This document shows, one piece after another, positions 55,095 through 64,000 of a stretch of 64,000 nucleotides of DNA (position 1 is the first letter of the stretch; each line of letters opens with the position of its first letter). The stretch comes from Pristiophorus japonicus (lineage: Eukaryota): the NCBI RefSeq assembly GCF_044704955.1, contig NC_091981.1, forward strand, positions 103,664,001-103,728,000, given 5' to 3'. The notes under the pieces are model-generated. The model was not told where the DNA came from and made no database searches. It saw only the letters and a program-made list of their open reading frames with translations. A program made the translations under genes and the position numbers.

Positions 55095-55743
55095 CTGGCA
55101 GACTCGATTTCCAGAGGTGGGCAGCTTGGGGCTGCTCTTTTGAACAGCAGACTTGACCGTTCCATCCATTGGTAATTGCCCAGGGCTGGTAGCTCTCCAT
55201 GGGTAATAATGTTTCGTGTCTCGGTTCTCCCGGAGCGCTGATGGTGGGAACCACAGGTACATCCAAATAGCTGGGCATCGGCTGGTATGGCCCCGCGTAA
55301 CCTTGGTAGAAAGCGAACTCCTTGGCTCTGGAGGTGAATTCCTCGCCAGCGGACGTGTCCATATATTTGTCGGCAGGATAGCCAGACAAGGTGGAGGGCT
55401 GAGCACAGGACTTAATGCTGCTATGATGACTCATTCGGCAGGGATAGTAACTGCTCCCAAAGTATCCATAAGGAAGGGAAGCACTGGACGAAGTTTGAGC
55501 AGCAGGACAAGGACTGCACTGTTTGACAGGTTCAGCAATGCCAGAGGCTGGCATTTCACTCGACGAGTAGGCAGAGCTGGGGGCTAGGGATGCTGGATGG
55601 GCCATCAAATTCCTGCATTGATTTGCTGTGAAGTTCCCTCCTGAAAATCCATCCATGTTTTTATTAATTTCATCCAAACTATTGTCGTAGACGAACATCA
55701 CCGTGTCGATCCAGCGGGGATGAAGTATCACTGACGCTGTCAT
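55095..55743 (-). CDS. HOXA13: HoxA13 exon 1 ([21 protein letters not shown]...WKSSLP)
   Basis: A13 N-terminus and motifs [13 protein letters not shown] and [11 protein letters not shown]; ATG at 55743; donor G|GTAAGT at 55095/55094; no poly-Ala tracts. Confidence 0.96.
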
Positions 55744-55819
55744 ATCACGTCCAACATTGAGACTAGTGGCCGTTTTAAAAGTCCCCAAGACTGAAAAGAG
55801 ATACTGAATCTCTCAGACT

Positions 55820-55890
55820 TAGCAGCATTGACGCGCCACTGTCGCTGAAAGTTGCCTCCTCATTGGCTGCGAGCTGACCACGTGATATGC
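55820..55890 (-). promoter_or_regulatory. HoxA13 proximal promoter (CCAAT 55862-55866, CACGTG 55879-55884)
   Basis: Motifs read directly. Confidence 0.55.
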
Positions 55891-58800
55891 AAAGTAGATG
55901 ATAAATATCTGAAGAATAAAAAGGTAGATACTCCATTAGTCTAATAAAGCAACGTTAGGATATTTACGTGCAGGAGTGATAGGAATAAAATACAGTTATC
56001 AAAATCACAGAATACCAGCGGTGCACAAAATAAACCAGTTATGTATGGGCATCACATAGGTGCGTGTAAATGAAAACGCATGGCCCGACTGGAAAAAGCG
56101 ATATTTTGCATTTACACAAAACAAGGCGAAGCTAAAAGTGTTGTCTTTTGCATTTAACGAAATAAATAATTCACATAATTATAGGCTGTACGACATAAAA
56201 TATTTTAAATGTCAATGGCTGTGTATTTGATTATTATGCCTGCGGTTGAAGTTGCCTATGCAAGATGTTTTTAACAATTCATCTTTTTATATGTATATCT
56301 CTTATCAACGAAAGGCGTTTTCTGTCAAAACCGTGGCCGTTGGAGCAAAATCTGACATTAGGATGGGCTACAGCTGCACCTTTTTTGAATTGCACCACAT
56401 ATATAAAATCTCAAGGTGTTTTCAACCAATAATAAAATAACATTTAAAGGAATAGGTAGCCGCAGCATTTTTATAGTTAAAGGGAAACATCTGTATGACC
56501 TTTGTATTGCTTCATGACATAACTCGTTAAACCAAATAGTAATAATGTCGAAGGACAAACCGAAATTATTCCGGAGCCGAGATTTGATAAGATGTGATAA
56601 ATATTTGAGCAAATGCATCTTTTCACTCTGGATATAATATTTGTAACTAAAATAAACACCAGAGCAGAACTTAGTAAAATCAATAATTTTACATTTTCGA
56701 ACTCGTCCTATAGTGTAATGAAGTCAGTTTGAACTTACATTCGCATTGACCAATTAAAATGTTTACCTTTTATAATAATAGCGAAATTTCTAGCCAGCCA
56801 CAAGTAAAGATCTGTTGAGATCAAAGGACATTTATAAGACAGATATAGATATTCACTAATTCTTTCTTTGCCGTTTGCCAGCCGTGATACAAAAGTATTT
56901 AAATAAATGTCAGCCTTCTTACTTCCCCCGCTAATTCGTATTAACTCGCATGCTACAAAATGTGTATTCATTGAGCAGGAACAGCAGTTACATAACTGGA
57001 TTTCATATTGAAATATCAGTACACGTGTTTTATGAGTATCTGGCACACTTAAATACAGGGAAAGGGATACAACATGAATTATTTAATAATATATGCCACA
57101 TCTTTAAATGTGCTAAAATCCATAAATATGATTTATTTTATAATATCTAGCACATTGTTAAAAGTGTTATTTGATAGATAAACATCAACCATATTACGTG
57201 TATTTAGAATTAACCTGCTACAATTTGGCGGAAAGCATGGGGCAAACTTCAGTCATATATCACATGATGAGGAAGGGTGGCTGGTAAAAAAAATCATAAA
57301 GTGAGCAAAAATGTAACCAATACTATTCGGCTGACATGGGTCATCACAAAGTGTGGATTTTAATTCAATTTCAGACACTTAATTGTATATCAGATATTGT
57401 GATACATGGAATCAAAACCATATCATATCAGGCGTCAAGCTTGCTTCAGTAAGTTTTTTGTCCTGCTTTTTTGGCACAGGACCTAATACCTGCAGTGATG
57501 CAGCTGCTAAGAGCAATCATTTTACTATTAAAATACTTCTTTTAATTCTTTATAATTCCTCTCTCTCTCTCTCTCTATTTATCTATCTCTTTCTTGCTTT
57601 CTTTTACTATCTCTTGCTTTATTTTCTTGCTCTCTTTGTTTTCTATATTTCTCATACCATTCTAATACTGGGGTCATACAATCGCTCGAGAAACAGCTAC
57701 ACGCTGTTCCTTTAAACTTATTTTAGAAATTGGAAGTGATACGAACCTCGATGATTTGGGAGCACTGTTCCCGCACTGCTGTTGACATCGTCATTTAAAC
57801 CGAGACGCTGCAATTCAAATTATGTTGAATACAAGCATTCTCCGTCGACTAACATAGCATGAAATAGCGAGATTAGTAATAACCTCTCCACCGCATCTAG
57901 ACATTTTTTACGTTATCCTCCCTTTCGGAAACCTAATGAAAGTGTTCACCGTTTTCTGGATTATAATTGTGGAAATATATTGAGATCATTTCAAAACATA
58001 CAAAGCTGCAGCGAAATTATGACAAGCCAAATCGGGATTTTGTTAAACTTTCTCAATAGATCTTAAATGATTATTCTTTCAATTCCATGACCAACCTATT
58101 CGATGGGAACTCGTGCAGTTTATACTTCAGTGATGATTATTTGTTAAGATGAATGGTACTTGAGCATATTTGTCACTGGCTGTAATGCTTCGTCTTCATC
58201 CCATGATTATTAGTTGGTCGAACTCCTTAGTTTCAATTTAATATAGTTGGTGTATCTTGATTTCCACGTGCATTATAAACAAAGGGTCTTCTTAGAATTT
58301 GTTTTGGTTGTTCAATATTTCGAAGGAAAGCATTTTGTCACGTAGTTCTCTCATGTTAATCGCTAATACAACCGTATCCGCAAGGTTAATCTCAGAATAT
58401 ACACGGAATATGCGCTACATTTCATTGTGTGCGTTTTTTCCATTTAAATATCAAGTTGTCAGATTATACACGAAAAAGTGGGCAACGGCTTCGTCGTTTT
58501 GGATTACATTTTAACCTGAAATGCATTTGAGCAACAGCTTTACACGGCGTCGTATTTAATTCTCCATTCTTGAGTTAAGAGAATGCTGCCCCTCCCCCAA
58601 CAAAGTACATATTAAACTGAAACAAACATTCGGCTGCATACTTAAGTGACAGGTAGAACCTCTAATGCCTTCCACTTTGAAAAAACTCTTGTGCTATGGG
58701 ATGTGTGCATTATAAATATAAACTGTTTCATATTCAAACGGCCACATTGTAGATTATGCTACAAAATGGCAGCAACCAAATGGGCAACTCTTTTACATAC

Positions 58801-61800
58801 GGGTTAGACACGGCTAAAGGCCAAGGTCAAGTTGAAAGTTGCTGTCTAGCCAATGTGAGTGCTGTCATTCACGCGTTGACGACCCTGTCTGAATTCTTAT
58901 AAAGGCAAGCCGTGAGAATTGACTTTTTCATTGGCGTTTTGTTTGTTTTCTTTTGTTTTCCACTCACAACCCTCCAAATGAAAAAAAGATTCCACTGACC
59001 ATACCGTCTTCACTTCCAGGCTGTTTCTGCATGGTTGGCAAAAGGATGTGAAATGGATGCAGTCGCTTTAAGATACATTGCAAATTGTATAGCATTGCAT
59101 CCGGTTTAAATGCAGTGTTTACAAAACCTCTAGTTTTGAACTGACTGTTTGCACTAGAGGCACGTCAATATTATTTGAAAAGGTAGGGACATTCTGTAGA
59201 AGATAAGGAACTGTCTTAATGAATAATACGTCAAAGTATTAAGGGTTGTACTGTGATGTCAGGTGTGATCTCCAAGACATGGTTTCAAACTATGTACAGA
59301 TCAGTACATCACCAATGGGAAGCTTAGATTGTGGCAACGTGCAAAAAACTGCATGGCTAAGAAGTAACTATACGCCGCTATTCCGGATATGCTCACGAAT
59401 AGTTATAAAGCCACATTTAGAACTATAATACAAAATATATAATTTTATAATTATTGTCCGCTATTTCGTTCAATAAGATCAGTATATGTGCTTTCAAACG
59501 TGTTACAGAACATCCATGCTAAACAGCCTGACGTCCTCATGTGCTTATGTTATCAGCCTGGATGTTTTTGTTCTATCGGGCTGAAATAGCGAATAAATAC
59601 TATATAGGTGCGCATTATGTGTGCCTGAAATCAAAACGATCGCTGGGGTAAAACTGCAAACAAGTTGAGCGAGAACATACCCGGTAGTACATATTGGTGC
59701 ATAGTTTGATATGGCCTAAAACATGTCCAAGTGTTGTTCTCCAATAAAATAAAATGTGTATTTTAATTCGTTTTATTGTACCAACATAGGGTTAAAGTGT
59801 ACAAGCTTTCGAAGATCACAGTGATCTTGATTTGCCATTTTCATCTAATTAAATATTTACGTGATCCAGGAAGCTTGTGTATTTTAATCCCCAAATTCTT
59901 CATTCTGAATAAAGATCTCCATGTTGGTCCAGTCAAATGTTTCCGAATATTTTATCAGTCGTGATTCCTCGGCGCAATACGGCTTTAAAACACGTATTTT
60001 TCAAACATAAATATGCCATCAAATAATATGGAAAGGATATTTTAACCGCATAGCTGGTAAAATTGGATTTCCCCCCCATTTTAAGCCATTGTCCAAGAGT
60101 ACCACAGAATTAAACTATGTTTGTGTTCATTTTATTTGCGGATGTTATAAAATAGATTGTGCAGCGTGTACAATCCAATCTCCATGTCAAAGAACTAAGC
60201 TAGCATGAGTGCATTTGTTATTTTCACATTTGGAACATTTCTGGAACCCCTTTGTGGCAATTTTAATGTCTTCAAAGTTGCGATTTAGTCTCTTTTTATG
60301 ACTGCTAGCTTAATATGCTTTAAAGGGAAATGGTCTTAACATTCTCCAGGAACTGCGTGTAAACCCATACATTTTACATTTTTATTATTTGTTCCTTTCA
60401 TTTGTCGATGAATATTTACTAATAATATATAACGATTTAATAATTAAGTTAAATAGATAATTTAATAGGTGTCGTTTTGATTTCAGGTCATATAAGTCAC
60501 ATCACTCATATTTCATTCACTGTGGCTACCAGCAACTCAAATTTCGAGCACTACAGGTTAAATCACGCAAAGCAATGTCTTGGACAAAACAAACAAAGAA
60601 ACTTCAAATAATCTATTACTTATGGTAGAATTATTTCTAGACGTTAGCCAAATTAATCACAATAAGGTATTATTGCAAGATTAATTTTCCTAAAACAGTT
60701 CTATTACAGTCTGTTCACCATATGCGTCTTACGAATCGTATTTGGAATATTTGTGCAGTTGTTAGATTAACACCAGCACCTCTACAAACCAACATTTCCT
60801 CTCAATCATTCCATGCTGCTTTCCTGAAACATTTCGAAATACTTTCCTGGAGCCCGACTGAGATCGATCAAAATGATTAATCAATATCGCTGTCCATGAA
60901 TTGCTTAATTTACAATATCATAACATACATATCAATAAATATATCTACACTGCAGATAGTATGTGGTTCTTCTCCTTTTATCTCTTAATTATAACAGATC
61001 TCGAGTACATTCAATCATCATTGTGAATGCTGACTCATGACCCGTACCATTGACCAACTGCCTAAGACAGACTCTGTAGATATATTATATGTCCTTGGAG
61101 AACAAGTTGTTACTTATGAAAACTGGGTTTGGCATAGTTTGCCATATCTAGATATCATGCATGTTTGTATAACTTTAATTATGAAGCCGTTTCAGAATAC
61201 AATAATATACAAATATTTTGCATATGTATTTGTGTTGCTGCCATTGATCAATGCCATACATCCACAGACAATGGGTTAAAAGAGTAACAGACTTCCTTTT
61301 TCATATTTACTAATGTCAGTCCATCATTCGATATAAAATGTTTTTTACTTTTTATTATCAAATACAGTTTAAGTAAGTGATATCATTGAATTATGAGTGC
61401 ATATCTGACTAGGCTCCTCACACTGGTGAGGGCACATTACGCGTAATTTCTTTTTTAGCTATGCTAAATACAATTGCATGAATATTTACATAAAAAGTTA
61501 TTCAAGTGTGTCCCAACAATTGTTCATGAAACTGTTGCAATATACAAAGCGCTTTGAGACGAACGGTGGTCGTGAAAGGCGCTATATAAATCCAAGTCTT
61601 TCTTTCTTCTTATTATCAAAAGATAATGAGACCATTAGTGAGAAGATACATTTTGTACAAGGTTAAAAAAAATCACAATAACTTTTTAACAAATGTATTC
61701 TAACATATTCTAACAAAATAAAATAAAACAGAAATATGCTATAATAACTTAAAGCCGTGCATATTTTCGATTCTATTTAAAATTTGCCTCTAATTTGAAT

Positions 61801-61963
61801 TGTTTAGAATCAGTCCATAGCATTACAGATAACGGTGTTTTGCTTCAAAAGAATAATTATATAATGCTTGCTTTAAACCAAACTACCGCGTTTTTGATGC
61901 CATTTGTAAATATTTATCAATAATATTTACATAAAAAGATAATTTAATTGTAAAGATCCGGTT

Positions 61964-62053
61964 TCAGCACTGCACCCCACAACTAAATTGTTTGTTCCTG
62001 TTTGCTGATGACCAATGCGCTTTCTGATGCTGATCTTCAAACCAGATTTTTAC
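61964..62053 (-). pseudogene. HOXA14: Degenerate HoxA14, exon 3 (VKIWFEDQHQKAHWSSANRNKQFSCGVQC*)
   Basis: Acceptor ttttctcttaatag| then GTA AAA ATC TGG TTT; cf. Hox14 VKIWFQNQRQK; phase-0 intron inside the homeodomain. Confidence 0.85.
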
Positions 62054-62158
62054 CTATTAAGAGAAAATGTTATCGCAGTGGACTCCCATGAAAGAAAAAC
62101 TCATTGCATATAGGAGCCAGCCTAGACTATTTCTCTTTTGGAATCGCCTCGTCTTTAC

Positions 62159-62346
62159 CTGCTGTTCTGACATCCCCAGTTTTGCAACAGTTATTTTCGT
62201 TGTTGTCATTTCAGGCGTCAGAAAGCAGGTTTCCTGGAAAGCGATGTGGCGTTGTGCAGTCTGGGGTTTGCTATGATGGATTCTTTTCTTCCTCTGTCTG
62301 TACTGAGCTCGTGGGTGGGCAGACCAGAGTGAATGAACATTCGGAG
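62159..62346 (-). pseudogene. HOXA14: Degenerate HoxA14, exon 2 (PNVHSLWSAHPRAQYRQRKKRIHHSKPQTAQRHIAFQETCFLTPEMTTTKITVAKLGMSEQQ)
   Basis: RQRKKRI, AF...FLTPE and KLG match the Hox14 homeodomain. Phase-1 acceptor tttacag| at 62347/62346, donor CAG|GTAAAG at 62159/62158, 105-bp intron before VKIWF. Confidence 0.85.
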
Positions 62347-64000
62347 CTGTAAACGAGTAAATACTCCATTATTCGAATCAATTATTTCAATTGTATTTAT
62401 TACTATGTACGACTATATTAATATCTGAATAAAACGCGCATCGCTTTAACTAAATGCATATAAAGTCCCATAGTGATAGTTTATGAATGATAAAACTCCA
62501 AAGGCGTTATATATGTACAATGAATAACATTTTCGAGTAGCCATATAAATGTGAAGATGACAGCTTTGAGGTAATTTGAACCTATGATCTAAAATCATGA
62601 AAATTCGGTAAACTGCGAACTAAAAATCTATATGAAGTGTTACATTTATATAAGACAAGTATCTCTTCAAGTCTACACTTTTAATAAACGCACGCAAGAA
62701 GATGCAAAGATTATACGAAGTTATGTATGCATTCCTTTATAAACGTCAAAATGCCAAACGCCCATAGTTTGTAGGTATAAAATATTACTAGATTTAAAGA
62801 CGTATGAATCAACGCAGACTAGAAAACAAGAAAAACGAGATTGTTGCAAATTTGTGATATAATTCGTGCCCACACTATATGAAATCAACCTTTCATGCAT
62901 TTAACAAGTACAATGTCAAAGCTAAACACTAAAGTTATTTTAATAGTTTGCAATTATGAGACGTGAATAGACACATATCATTTATTGTACTCCTTTAAGG
63001 ACACATCGTTTACATTGACAATATTTTATATTACACTCTAACTCCATTCATGTACTAGCTACGTGCCAACTAATAAGTGATATATTTTATGTTGTCGATG
63101 ACTATGTTTTACAAAGATTGTTTTCTATCGGTGTTTCTCACAGGCTATAATGATAAGCTAGACGTAAGTGTTACAAATCAACGTACCTTGGTGCTACTTA
63201 CTGTTTATTGCTTTGAATTCTCATCCTTATTTTTAATTCCTGGTTATTGTCATACATATAAGTGAAAACAAATAATTTGCTAAAAGGTATAGGAAATACA
63301 GGTGTATATATTTCCTGAACATTTTTATATTTTATTACTATGAATATATTTTAATTAAAGTGTACTCTCCACCATAATACATCATTAATCCTTGGAGAAA
63401 CGTCATATTGTATATATAGAATGAATGGTCGTTTTTAATATTTAAGATGCATTTCTGCACGCAACAGCAAAATGAATTTATAAACGAATATTAATCCTTT
63501 AAAATCGATTCACCGGTGCTTGTAGGATTTACATTATAACACTGAATATTTAAACAAGCTATCCCCTCTGTGACTGGCTTCGGCTGTCTGTATAAACATA
63601 TCGAAACAAACATCTGCACATCTTCGTTCACAACTGCCTCTGAAAGTCTTCAATGACGTTTATAAGTTTCGGCGATAAAGGATCAGCGATTTATTTTCTC
63701 TTTCTCCAATGTGTAAGAAAAATGTTTCTTGAACAGTAACAAACATTTCGCCACCTTCCCAGTGAACTATTTAAAAATTATGTCATCGTAAAATGATAAT
63801 CTGTTAATGTTGTTTTGGGCACTTGAGTGGAGGATTGTATCAACATAAAGTTTTACTATCGCTTTTAGATTGAAACGTTTCTTTTTGTCAATTTATGAAG
63901 CCCAACTGCAACACATTATGAACATTCTACCACACACGATCTTAATCGTGAATTAGGGTTTCCGTTGCTTCACGCAGGCAGAGTGAGACTGCAATATTCA

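Noticed and set aside
62347-64000. HoxA14 exon 1
   Set aside because: No recognisable ORF or motif; eroded or outside the window.

Overview
Vertebrate genomic DNA holding the posterior half of a HoxA cluster, with all genes on the minus strand. From right to left: HoxA13, HoxA11, HoxA10, miR-196, HoxA9 and HoxA7. Each protein gene has two exons with a GT-AG phase-1 intron that I could splice in frame by hand. HoxA6 and more anterior genes would lie left of position 1. The proteins (no poly-Ala tracts, HoxA9 ending [11 protein letters not shown], HoxA13 starting [22 protein letters not shown]) and the degenerate Hox14 suggest a cartilaginous fish; this is inference. The most striking content is a set of gene relics at the collinear slots of the paralogues missing from HoxA. 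A clear degenerate HoxA14 at ~62 kb keeps its split homeodomain, open frame and splice sites. A probable HoxA12 exon-1 relic lies at ~47.9 kb, and a more eroded HoxA8 relic at ~10.5-11.5 kb. The window also has many miR-196 seed sites in the HoxA7 and HoxA9 3' UTRs (including a duplicated 23-nt cassette), CTCF-like motifs, shared E-box/CCAAT promoter architecture and a few microsatellites. I recognised no transposon coding sequence. Comparisons to other Hox proteins are from memory, not from database searches.
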